DNA of 54,625 nucleotides from Candidatus Magasanikiibacteriota bacterium (GCA_002716765.1 PBBY01000004.1:1-54625), one strand, 5' to 3'; shown: positions 1 to 8,378, numbered from the stretch's first letter. Numbers and translations are program-made. Notes: generated by a model from the letters alone, not told the origin.

Positions 1-696
1 AGCCTTCGAGACGAGTCCTTCTGCGACGGCGACTCCAGCTTCGTATTGCTCCACCTTGGCCTCGAGCGAGCTCTTGGCCTCGGCGTCACCTTGCGTGGCG
101 GCCACGAACTGGCTAAACAGACCTCCCTTGGCGTTCTCGGCGATCTCCGGACGCTTGGGGTTGTAGGGCGGCAATGTGGCCATTCCCTTCACCAGCAGCA
201 TCGCGAAGTTCGACAGACGCTCGGGGGTTTGTTCTGAGCGAGGCCCATCGAGGATGACTGCATCAGAGTCGAGCTCGGGGTAGGTGATATCTAGTGCTTT
301 CATTACTCCAAGGAGTCCGTCAGGGTCTGGATCCGCAACAATAGCATCGACACCAGTAAACTCGCCAGCACTCATGAGAAGTGAGCAGGCTGGGTTTTCG
401 TCGCGGGTGCTGATGATGGCGTCATCTGCCAGATTACGCACGAGCTCTGCCGCTTCCTTGATTGCTTCCTCGCGAGGGTTCTGTGGATCAAGGACATTGT
501 GGTGATCGCGAACGATACACTCGACGCATTTGGCCTGCAGCTCGGTGATGCAATTGGCGAGATGCTCGGTGGATGGGGTGTCAACAAATAGCACTTTTTG
601 AGCGTTCGTCATGGCTTCAACCACTGATGTCACTGATTCTGTTGAGAAAAATTTGGTCATTAAGACCGGAATGTTTTTGATGATTAACTTAATCAT
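1..696 (-). CDS. DHH-like phosphoesterase, apparently with permuted motif order; 3' end runs off the window (absent from the ORF track)
   Basis: Hand translation from ATG at 696 (SD AAGGAG just upstream) is open for 232 codons to position 1: MIKLIIKNIPVLMTKFF...KVLFVDTP...CIVRDHHNV...NPACSLL...AIVADPDPDGLLG...; visibly higher GC than neighbours. Confidence 0.75.
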   Translation of the reverse strand, partial: MIKLIIKNIPVLMTKFFSTESVTSVVEAMTNAQKVLFVDTPSTEHLANCITELQAKCVECIVRDHHNVLDPQNPREEAIKEAAELVRNLADDAIISTRDENPACSLLMSAGEFTGVDAIVADPDPDGLLGVMKALDITYPELDSDAVILDGPRSEQTPERLSNFAMLLVKGMATLPPYNPKRPEIAENAKGGLFSQFVAATQGDAEAKSSLEAKVEQYEAGVAVAEGLVSKA

Positions 697-766
697 TGTT
701 TGTCTCCTTAAAGAGATGTCTGTGACCACACAACGTGACCGAAAAAAGTTAAACAACCCAACATGG

Positions 767-819
767 ACTGCCTAACGATGTAGATATAGTATGTTGCTAT
801 ACCCACATCGTTAGACAGT
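767..819 (-). other. Long RNA hairpin in the 5' leader of the DHH-like gene
   Basis: Minus strand ACTGTCTAACGATGTGGGTATAG-CAACATA-CTATATCTACATCGTTAGGCAGT pairs over 23 bp with G-U wobbles; pairing is continuous only on the minus strand. Confidence 0.6.
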
Positions 820-1030
820 ACTAAACCCTCTTAATCTTCATTATTTTCTTAATGTCTTTTTTTCTTTGTAATAAACACTTGTGGAAATCTCCACACAACA
901 GATGAGTACTGATCTGGGTGATACTTAGAGTTTAGCCCTTCTGGTACTAAGCATCTGTTGTGTAGTGACTTCTTTGTAAAGTGCCAACCTTTCGGGTTTT
1001 TCTCTTTGCCTTTTCTTAGGTTAACGGCAT

Positions 1031-1059
1031 ATTGTACCACAAATATCTTAAAATGTCAA
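1031..1059 (-). promoter_or_regulatory. sigma70-type promoter for the DHH-like gene leader
   Basis: TTGACA-17 bp-TACAAT with TG extension. Confidence 0.75.
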
Positions 1060-1155
1060 GACTTTGGTTACAATAATTTTAATAAAACTTAAAAAAAGGC
1101 TAAAATAAGCCAAAAAAGAAGTATATATATTGTGCAAAAAAGTGTAAATATAGTA

Positions 1156-1190
1156 TTGACAAAAAAAGAATAGTGTGGTATACTATTCTT
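1156..1190 (+). promoter_or_regulatory. sigma70 promoter of the TrmB-like gene with overlapping inverted repeat (candidate operator)
   Basis: TTGACA(1156)-17 bp-TATACT(1179); AAGAATAGT(1166-1174)...ACTATTCTT(1182-1190) palindrome covers the -10. Confidence 0.7.
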
Positions 1191-1284
1191 AAATAAGACA
1201 AAAAATTGTCAAAGTGCACCGAATTTTAGCATGCCTATTACATAAAAAAAATTTACTTTATTTGCTAAATTTAGCCAAAAATAT

Positions 1285-2064
1285 ATGGAAAACATCATCA
1301 GCCAACCTATTACCGAGACGCTTGTGGAGCTTGGATTAAGTGAAAATGATGCAATGTTGTATCAGATTTTGCTTAAATACCCAGAAGCAACTATTGTGCA
1401 ATTACAACAAAAAAGCCCGTTTAAACGGACAATGCTGTATTATATATTGGAAAGTTTGCAGGATGTGGATTTGGTATACACCAAAAAGCGTGGAAAAAAA
1501 ACGGTGTATATTGCAGAATCACCAGCAAAGCTTGATCAGTTTATGCGAGATAGGGAAAAAGATTTGCGCAAACAAAAAGATATGCTTGCAGAAGTTATGA
1601 AGCAAATGCATGGTACGTATATGTTGGCGCATAATAAACCCGGAGTGCGGTTTTTTGAGGGACCAGAAGGGTTTGAAGAGGCATTGCGTGATACATTGAC
1701 CACAAAAGAGACACTTCGAACAATTGTGGATTTCTCTTCTATTCGTTATGTGGAAGAAATTAATGCGCGGTATGTAAAACAAAGACGAGCACTTGGTATT
1801 GAAAAAAAGATTCTCGTGCCACATGCACCAGAAAATATTGCTTTTGGGAAAAAGCTTGGGAGTGCACTTACAGATACAAAGTATTTTCCAAAAGGGTTAA
1901 ATCCTTTTGGCACAGGAATGCAAATATATGATAATAAGATTTCGTATTTTACCCTAAGAAAAGAGTTTATTATTGCTATTATTATAGAAGATAAACACAT
2001 TTACGAAATGCATAAAAACATATATGATTATTTTTGGGAACATAATTCGGTATCTTTGGCGTAA
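1285..2064 (+). CDS. TrmB-family transcriptional regulator (N-terminal winged HTH)
   Basis: LGLSENDAMLY..L...ATI...RTMLYYILESL...LV...Y.AESP, then coiled coil and P.VRFFEG.EG motif typical of CPR TrmB-like proteins. Confidence 0.85.
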   Translation: MENIISQPITETLVELGLSENDAMLYQILLKYPEATIVQLQQKSPFKRTMLYYILESLQDVDLVYTKKRGKKTVYIAESPAKLDQFMRDREKDLRKQKDMLAEVMKQMHGTYMLAHNKPGVRFFEGPEGFEEALRDTLTTKETLRTIVDFSSIRYVEEINARYVKQRRALGIEKKILVPHAPENIAFGKKLGSALTDTKYFPKGLNPFGTGMQIYDNKISYFTLRKEFIIAIIIEDKHIYEMHKNIYDYFWEHNSVSLA

Positions 2065-2069
2065 AGATG

Positions 2070-4382
2070 TTATATGTTATCTAATTTTTCGCAAACATAA
2101 TACCGTGCATCAGCTTGTTCTGGATCAATAAAATAGCGCGTTACATGATAACCATTTTTTGTGTGATCATCAATTGTATCAACCATTTGATTATGTTGGT
2201 CTTTGCTAAAATGCTCAATAATAACAGCATTCGCAGCTTCTTTTGATTGTCTTTCTTTATGTAAACGAATAATGTCGGATTGTGCTATTTTTTTTGTAGT
2301 ATATGTTTTATTTTGTTGCACATCGAGTGAAATGCAAAAAAATGGTGTGTCTGATTCAAGAAAATTTGGTATTATTCCAGTAATAACAAAACCGTTTTCT
2401 TCGACATAATGTGTACCCGCTGTAAGTTCTGGCATAACGGTTGCTTCTAGTCGGGCTGTTTTACTTGCTTCTATTAAAATATTGCGGAGTACGGTTTCTC
2501 CAATAGCTGAGCCACGCATATTGTGGGCAATGTTCAAAGAACCAGCTTTTTTGTATGCTCCTCGCTCATCTTGCGCATCTTCAAAAGATACAAAACCAAT
2601 AATCTGCTGGTCTTTTCTTAGGATATAAAAATCTACGCCAGATTGTTTTTTTAGATGTGCTTCAAATGCTTCTAGGACTTTTTCTCCGGTTTTACCTTTT
2701 GAATCCCAGTTTTTTGTTGCTATGGTGCGCATAGTTTCTTTTGTACTTTCTTGTAATGTTTCGACGGCAGTTCTTTGGTACTCCATGCCGTGCAAATCTT
2801 GTATATGTGCTTCTGGGTTATTTTTAAGATAACCAATACATACACTTTTAAATACTTCTAAGTTTGTTTGCATGTCTTTTAAGGCTGTAATAATTGGAGT
2901 GGTGTCTATTTGGTTTGATGCGGTGGTTTGTTGTATTGTTTCAGAAAGTAGGTGTTGTGCACGGTGTAATAAAGCGTGTGATATTTTTTCTGTGTCTACA
3001 TGCTCTGTTTCGTGTGCAGTAAAGTATTGGCGCATAATACTCTGTTCTACATCTTGAGCTGCTTGAATTAATGCGCTATATGTGTGAAATAGTGTTTGTG
3101 CTTCGGTTTCTGGTAGCACTTCTCCGAGTGACACAATTTCTTTTCTAAATGTATCACCAAATTCTGCAGAAAAAAATGTTCTTGCGCCTTCTATGCCAAA
3201 TTTTTTTGTAAATTCCTGCACTTTTTTTTCTTGGTCTAAAGTATAACCTTTTAATGATTCTACAAACCAGATTTGTTCTCGTGTGGTCATTTCTCGTATA
3301 TTAAATCCAAAATCTTTCTCAATACCATCTAAAAGAGTTATATCGAGTAACATAATATAGTCTTTTTGGGCTTGCTCTTTTCGTTCTTTTTCCTTTTGAC
3401 CCATTTTTTTTGTTGGAGAAAGGCTGGGTAGTTCTGCGGGGTGAATAATATCATTAGTTGTAAGCGCTCTTTCATTGTTTTTTGTTGGAAGTAATCCAAG
3501 TAAAACACCGTTTAAGTTGTATGCACCGGTGTATTCAGAGGATACTGCCAGAAACCTGACTCGGCCAAAAAACTGTTCCTGGAGTTCATGAATTTCATAA
3601 TCATCTAAAAGTTCGTCCTTAAGGTCGTAGGCAGTTGGTTTACCCTTTTGGGCTACCAGAGATTCTGACTTTCTTTTAAGTAATGCATTTTGTGTTTCTA
3701 CGCTAAATATTTTAAGAGTGGTCATCATTTCTTCGTTGAAATCCGCTGAATAGCTGTCACGCATACGTGTTAGAAGTGCAATAATTTCAAGAAATTGAAT
3801 CTCTTCTTCTATTGTTTTTTTCCCAAGTTCTTGTATTTTTTCTTTAAAATAGCGTCTCAAGCCAAAAGTCCCTAAATAGTTTAAGCCGCTTAACAGTGTT
3901 ATTTTTGTATGTTGATCTGTTTTTGGGTGGTTTATAAGCTTTGCCGCAGTTTTAAGAAGGCTTTCTGCGCTTATTATTGGTTGTTGGTAAATGCGATTAA
4001 GTAGTTCTCGGACTATGTTTGGGTGGGTTTCGTAAAAATCTGGAAGTGCTTCTGTAAAAGTGTCAATAAAATCCCGATCAGAGTGTTTAGTTTCTGGCAT
4101 GTAAAGTTCTCCAAAATTCCACGCCAAAAGGCTAATATTTTTTTCTTCTGGATCAAGTTGAGAAAAATACTCAGCAACAAGCATCTTTTGTTCAGCTAAA
4201 GAGAGTTTGTTTATGTCTCCACTATGTCTCATATCCTTAATTATTTTCTCTTTTTCTTCTTTTGTTGCTGCTGACGCTAAAAGCTCCCATTGCGGTGTAT
4301 GGACTTCTTCTTGTTCTACTTCTAATTCCGATGGATCTTCTAAGATTGACTCAAGTTGATGTGTTGTAAATTCTTCCGACAT
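2070..4382 (-). CDS. Large helical protein with C-terminal GNAT acetyltransferase domain
   Basis: 770-aa ORF; IIGFVSF...GSLNIAHNMRGSAIGETVL acetyl-CoA binding motif A, then HYVEENGFVITG. Confidence 0.65.
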   Translation of the reverse strand: MSEEFTTHQLESILEDPSELEVEQEEVHTPQWELLASAATKEEKEKIIKDMRHSGDINKLSLAEQKMLVAEYFSQLDPEEKNISLLAWNFGELYMPETKHSDRDFIDTFTEALPDFYETHPNIVRELLNRIYQQPIISAESLLKTAAKLINHPKTDQHTKITLLSGLNYLGTFGLRRYFKEKIQELGKKTIEEEIQFLEIIALLTRMRDSYSADFNEEMMTTLKIFSVETQNALLKRKSESLVAQKGKPTAYDLKDELLDDYEIHELQEQFFGRVRFLAVSSEYTGAYNLNGVLLGLLPTKNNERALTTNDIIHPAELPSLSPTKKMGQKEKERKEQAQKDYIMLLDITLLDGIEKDFGFNIREMTTREQIWFVESLKGYTLDQEKKVQEFTKKFGIEGARTFFSAEFGDTFRKEIVSLGEVLPETEAQTLFHTYSALIQAAQDVEQSIMRQYFTAHETEHVDTEKISHALLHRAQHLLSETIQQTTASNQIDTTPIITALKDMQTNLEVFKSVCIGYLKNNPEAHIQDLHGMEYQRTAVETLQESTKETMRTIATKNWDSKGKTGEKVLEAFEAHLKKQSGVDFYILRKDQQIIGFVSFEDAQDERGAYKKAGSLNIAHNMRGSAIGETVLRNILIEASKTARLEATVMPELTAGTHYVEENGFVITGIIPNFLESDTPFFCISLDVQQNKTYTTKKIAQSDIIRLHKERQSKEAANAVIIEHFSKDQHNQMVDTIDDHTKNGYHVTRYFIDPEQADARYYVCEKLDNI

Positions 4383-4403
4383 AAAAGAATGGTTGTGTGT
4401 TGT

Positions 4404-5546
4404 TTACCTTTCCGTTTTTATTGGCCCGTCTATTGCTTCCACTTCTATTTGTCTTTCGCCTTTTGTGATTCGTACCACGTCTTTGTCTATTTTTCCAAGC
4501 TCTTTGTATGCAGCATTGTAATGATTGGTGGTGGTTTGCATACTGTTACCTAACTTTTGCATATACGCTTCGTATGCTTTTATGTGCTTTTGTAACAGTT
4601 CTACATTTTTTCGAATACTTTTGGCACTCTCTTCTATTTTTAATGCGCGCAGGCCTTGTAAAACAGTTTGTAAATAGGCGGCAAATGTTGTTGGCGACAC
4701 AATGATCACTTTCTTTTCTTTAAACGCGTATTCGATTAAATTTCGCGTATTTACTTTTACTGCACCAACTTCGTTTACGAGTAAATCATAATAAATAGCT
4801 TCGGCTGGAATAAACATAAAGGCAAAATCCATCGTGCCTGATTGTGTTTTTATATATTTCGACGTTTCGTCAATGCGTTTTTTTAAATCATTTTTAAATG
4901 CTTTTTCCAGCTCTGCACGCCGCTGTTTGTTTTCTTCGTCAACAAGTTTATTGTAATTTTCTAAAGGAAACTTTGCATCAACCGGAATAATGCCATCTTT
5001 GGTAAACACTGCTGCGTCAACCGTGTCTCCATCTTCAAATTCGTATTGCAAAGCAAAAGCACCGGGTGGTAATATGTTTTCCAAAACAAGTTGTAATCCT
5101 GCCTCACCTAAATTTCCACGTTGTTTTTGACTTGTAAGTACTTTTTCCAAATTTGTTAGTTGTGCAGAAAATCCAATTACTTGTTGATTAGTTTTATCTA
5201 AACTAGTAAGTTTTTCGGTAATTTCTCCTATCATTTTTGCGCTTTGGCCAGAAATGCCTTGAATGAGTCTGGTGTTTTGTGAAAATTGCTCTTGGAGTGT
5301 GTTGTGTAGATGTTGCTGTGAAGTACTCATGGCTTTTGTTGACTCTGCAATTTTTTGATCAAGTGTTTTGGTAAGGTCTTGCACACTTCGTGCTTGTTCT
5401 TGGATTTGATTTTGGATCATAATAAACAGGTTGTCGTCACCTTCTTTTGGTTTTTGTAAGTCAGTAAGTTTTTGTTGCATTGAAAAGATGAAATACAGTG
5501 TAATAAGTAGTATGACAAGAAGTACAAAAATAAGCATGATTTCCAT
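4404..5546 (-). CDS. rmuC: DNA recombination protein RmuC
   Basis: N-terminal TM helix, coiled coil, KQRGNLGE..L..VLE, PVDAKFPL, TMDFAFMFIPAEAIY, VSPTT motifs. Confidence 0.93.
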   Translation of the reverse strand: MEIMLIFVLLVILLITLYFIFSMQQKLTDLQKPKEGDDNLFIMIQNQIQEQARSVQDLTKTLDQKIAESTKAMSTSQQHLHNTLQEQFSQNTRLIQGISGQSAKMIGEITEKLTSLDKTNQQVIGFSAQLTNLEKVLTSQKQRGNLGEAGLQLVLENILPPGAFALQYEFEDGDTVDAAVFTKDGIIPVDAKFPLENYNKLVDEENKQRRAELEKAFKNDLKKRIDETSKYIKTQSGTMDFAFMFIPAEAIYYDLLVNEVGAVKVNTRNLIEYAFKEKKVIIVSPTTFAAYLQTVLQGLRALKIEESAKSIRKNVELLQKHIKAYEAYMQKLGNSMQTTTNHYNAAYKELGKIDKDVVRITKGERQIEVEAIDGPIKTER

Positions 5547-5636
5547 AACACGTTTTTAGTATATTAAATGTTGTAAATAGTTGTACTAGTATAGCATGGT
5601 TTTAGAGATTTGCATCTGCATTGGTTTTTTGCTCTT

Positions 5637-5666
5637 ATTTCTCACATCCCGTTCGAAATGACAGTA
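5637..5666 (+). repeat. 30-bp dispersed direct repeat, copy 1
   Basis: ATTTCTCACATCCCGTTCGAAATGACAGTA; 27/30 identical to 6800-6829. Confidence 0.7.
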
Positions 5667-5775
5667 TAAAACAAAAAAGACTACCTGTAATAGATAGTCT
5701 TGCACTTCTTCACAAAATAATCATTTTATAACCTAAAATAGGTGTTGTTTTGGAAGAATCTTAGCTGATCGACTC

Positions 5776-6390
5776 TTAATTGTCCCCGTTTTTGATCTCA
5801 TTCAGGAGCCAATTGACTGCCGGAAGAAGGGTATACTCGTCTAATTTCTGCACCTCAGGGTGCAGCGATGAGTACAGGGGAAAATCTTCACGTGCGTTTG
5901 GTCCATAAGGTCTGGAACCAACGCGAACTTCCCCTGCTTGGAAAGACACATGATTCAGTCTCATAAGCATGTCGACACTCTCAAAATCTTTTCCACTGAT
6001 AATCCCTTGCAGAAGATTTACCAGGTCGTCCTTAGTGGCGGCGTTCCCAAGAAGGAAGTCGCCAATTCCATAACACAAGACGAGTAACGGTACTAAATTC
6101 TTCCCCTGTGTCTCACTATCCAACTCCTCAAACGGAAGGTAAAGTGGATGGTAGACGTCATCACTTGGGTTGGCATCCAACAAAATGCCAAGGTCTGCCT
6201 TCTCTTTTACTGACAAATCGCCGACTTTTATTCTACTGGGTCCATAGCCTTGGAAGGGGTTATTGGGGTCCTTGAGACCCTCCTCCTTTGCTGTAAGCCA
6301 CCCTTGGTGGGCAAGCTCCGCTGGCTCCTCCAGTTTCTTTGTTGTCAGTATACCGTCTAAAAATTCATGTACGCTAAACTTTTTGCTCAT
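5776..6390 (-). CDS. RyR-domain (ryanodine-receptor repeat-like) protein with two repeats
   Basis: PAELAHQGW...YG...HPLYLPFEELDSETQGKN and LMRLNHVSF...YG...FPLYSSLHPEVQKLD match the RyR repeat pattern; SD AAGGAG. Confidence 0.6.
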   Translation of the reverse strand: MSKKFSVHEFLDGILTTKKLEEPAELAHQGWLTAKEEGLKDPNNPFQGYGPSRIKVGDLSVKEKADLGILLDANPSDDVYHPLYLPFEELDSETQGKNLVPLLVLCYGIGDFLLGNAATKDDLVNLLQGIISGKDFESVDMLMRLNHVSFQAGEVRVGSRPYGPNAREDFPLYSSLHPEVQKLDEYTLLPAVNWLLNEIKNGDN

Positions 6391-6602
6391 AATAACTACT
6401 CCTTAAAGTATTGAGCGGCTGGTAGTGTTATTGTACAAATATATGCACATGTTCTAGCTACTCGAAATAGAACTAACACTGTATAAAAAATAACAATGAT
6501 GAGTAGCATGATATATACAATATCTTGTATACAGTGTGCTGCTCATTAACAATCGATCTAATCTTCGTTATGATTAATGTTATTTCTTTGTCATGAGACT
6601 AC

Positions 6603-6631
6603 ACCTTATCACACTTTAAATTATTCGTCAA
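6603..6631 (-). promoter_or_regulatory. Promoter for the RyR-domain gene
   Basis: TTGACG-17 bp-TAAGGT with TG extension. Confidence 0.5.
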
Positions 6632-6688
6632 GTGTTTCACGCACCTACTTGTATAAAACCCTACTTATGGTACAATATGGCAGTAAAT

Positions 6689-6760
6689 GTCCCTGTAGTT
6701 TAATGGATAGAACACTCCCCTCCTAAGGGAGAAATCCACGTTCGATTCGTGGTGGGGACA
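6689..6760 (+). tRNA. tRNA-Arg (anticodon CCT)
   Basis: Cloverleaf: acceptor GTCCCTG/TGGGGAC, anticodon arm CTCCC-CT CCT AA-GGGAG, T-arm CCACG-TTCGATT-CGTGG; CCA not encoded. Confidence 0.95.
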
Positions 6761-6799
6761 CAAATAGTTCAATGTATAAAGCTTTTGCTTTTATTATAG

Positions 6800-6829
6800 A
6801 TTTCTTACATCCAGTTCGAAATGACTGTA
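6800..6829 (+). repeat. 30-bp dispersed direct repeat, copy 2
   Basis: ATTTCTTACATCCAGTTCGAAATGACTGTA; matches 5637-5666. Confidence 0.7.
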
Positions 6830-6864
6830 ACGCTATTCATTGAAATTTTCTTAGTCTATTCTTC

Positions 6865-7165
6865 TATTTGTATAGACTAGTATATACAAATATAAACTGT
6901 GGATAATTTCTATTTGAGTAGTCTAATCTAGACAAATAAATATGCAAATCATATATTTGAGTAGTCTAATCTAGACATTTATAAATAAAGTTTTTTTACT
7001 ATTTTTATTTACTTTTTTAAAAAAATACAAAATACACGAATATTTTCTTTATTTGAGTATTCTATTCTAGACAAATAGGATTTTGTAAAAAATCTTTTTG
7101 AGTAGTCTACTCTAGACAAAAAACTGTGGATAATCTCTATTTGAGTATTCTAATCTAGACAAATA
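6865..7165. repeat. Array of six 28-bp imperfect palindromes (consensus TATTTGAGTAGTCTAATCTAGACAAATA) with two DnaA boxes in spacers
   Basis: Copies start at 6865 (degenerate/inverted), 6911, 6954, 7050, 7095 and 7138; TGTGGATAA at 6898-6906 and 7125-7133. Confidence 0.9.
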
Positions 7166-7696
7166 AAAGATTTTTGCCTTTTTTCATGTTTTTCGAAGAA
7201 TTGTTGTATTTGTATTGATTGTTTAATTAAAGAAAGTCTAATGTTTCATGTGAAAGTATAACAGCTGTAGAACATCAGAATTTAGGCGATGTTTCATTAA
7301 CAATATGTGAACTCGACTGTTTTTATGTCTACTCTCCGCTGTGGCGGGAATGTGAAGAAACTGTAATAGTGTGGATTAAATATAGAATTTACACAAGATC
7401 CTCGGTAGATTCCGAATAAGAAGCTGTTTCCGGTGAAACACTCTACCATAACCAGGTCCGTTGATTGTTAATTGAATTAATGAATAAACAATAAAAAACT
7501 TGTTTCCGGTGAAACAGTAGTTTTTGTCTTGGAAACTATATAAAAGGTCAATTTAAAAATAGTGAGAGCTCAAAACAATTTTTTTATATGTTATACACAA
7601 TTTACTTATTTTATCCACAAGTTAATCCACAATTTGTTAATAAATAAGCAGTTTGTTGAATAAAGGACACTATACAAAACCCACCGGTTTCCCACA
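6898..7696. promoter_or_regulatory. DnaA-box cluster (candidate oriC or DnaA-binding locus)
   Basis: TGTGGATAA 6898 and 7125; TTATACACA 7591; TTATCCACA 7611; near matches TGTGGATTA 7370, TAATCCACA 7623, TTTCCCACA 7688; very AT-rich and gene-free. Confidence 0.65.
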
Positions 7697-7881
7697 ACTG
7701 TACACAGATAATAGTATTTTGAATTGTTTCATATGGAATTTTATAACAAAAAATATAATTTGGAGTGTCTAAAAATTTAATAACAAAGTAAGTTTGAGAA
7801 TTTATTGGCCAAGCAAACACGAGTAATTGTGGAATTTTTTGTAGAGTTTGAAAAAGAAAAAAGTATAGTTCACGTGAAACA
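7242..7881. promoter_or_regulatory. Four parS-like sites
   Basis: Against consensus TGTTTCACGTGAAACA: TGTTTCATGTGAAAGT (7242), TGTTTCCGGTGAAACA (7425 and 7501), TAGTTCACGTGAAACA (7866). Confidence 0.7.
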
Positions 7882-8323
7882 AATTGGGATAAAAAAAATA
7901 GTTTATTTTTGTGTTAAACAAAATCTAACGTAAATCTATTATATAATTACAGTCGTAAAATAAATATTAGGCTTCAATTATTTTTTTATGCTAGAAATGT
8001 GGCATAATATGTATTGTGTAGATATTGACCCAATTTGCTCACTAATTAAGAAAAAAAGACGAAAAAAAGGGGGTACAGTGGTACAAAAATAGTAAAAAAA
8101 CGTGTGATTTACCTACTTTTTTGGCTAAAAACACCTGTTTTGGGGGTAATTTTTTGGAAATTAGAGGTAGAATTATAAGTTTTATTATTATTTTTTAACT
8201 AAGATGGTTTGCGGAGTATAGTGTGGTGTAAAAAGGAGGACAATGTTTTACGTGGTTTTTATGTGGTATAAAAATTTAAAAAAAACACGGAAAGTGTTTT
8301 TTTATTAAAGCAATGTTGATTTG

Positions 8324-8352
8324 TTGACGCAATAGATAAAATGCAGTATACT
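8324..8352 (+). promoter_or_regulatory. Promoter of tRNA-His
   Basis: TTGACG-17 bp-TATACT. Confidence 0.65.
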
Positions 8353-8378
8353 TCTACCTGTAAATAAGCCCTTTTTGG

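Noticed and set aside
975-1020. c-di-GMP-I riboswitch (GGCAAA...GAAA)
   Set aside because: Only superficial; the GCAAACC/GG.ACGCAAA arrangement and P3 are not present
849-1040. 63-aa ORF upstream of the DHH-like gene
   Set aside because: Its start codon lies within the promoter spacer next to the -10, so it is upstream of the predicted TSS; the region is better explained as structured leader
6513-6525. 13-mer TATATACAATATC shared with the MATE leader (about 41096)
   Set aside because: Short and AT-rich; plausible by chance
6865-7165. CRISPR array
   Set aside because: Spacers are only 15-18 bp (one 68 bp), two spacers are nearly the same and contain DnaA boxes, repeats vary, and there are no cas genes
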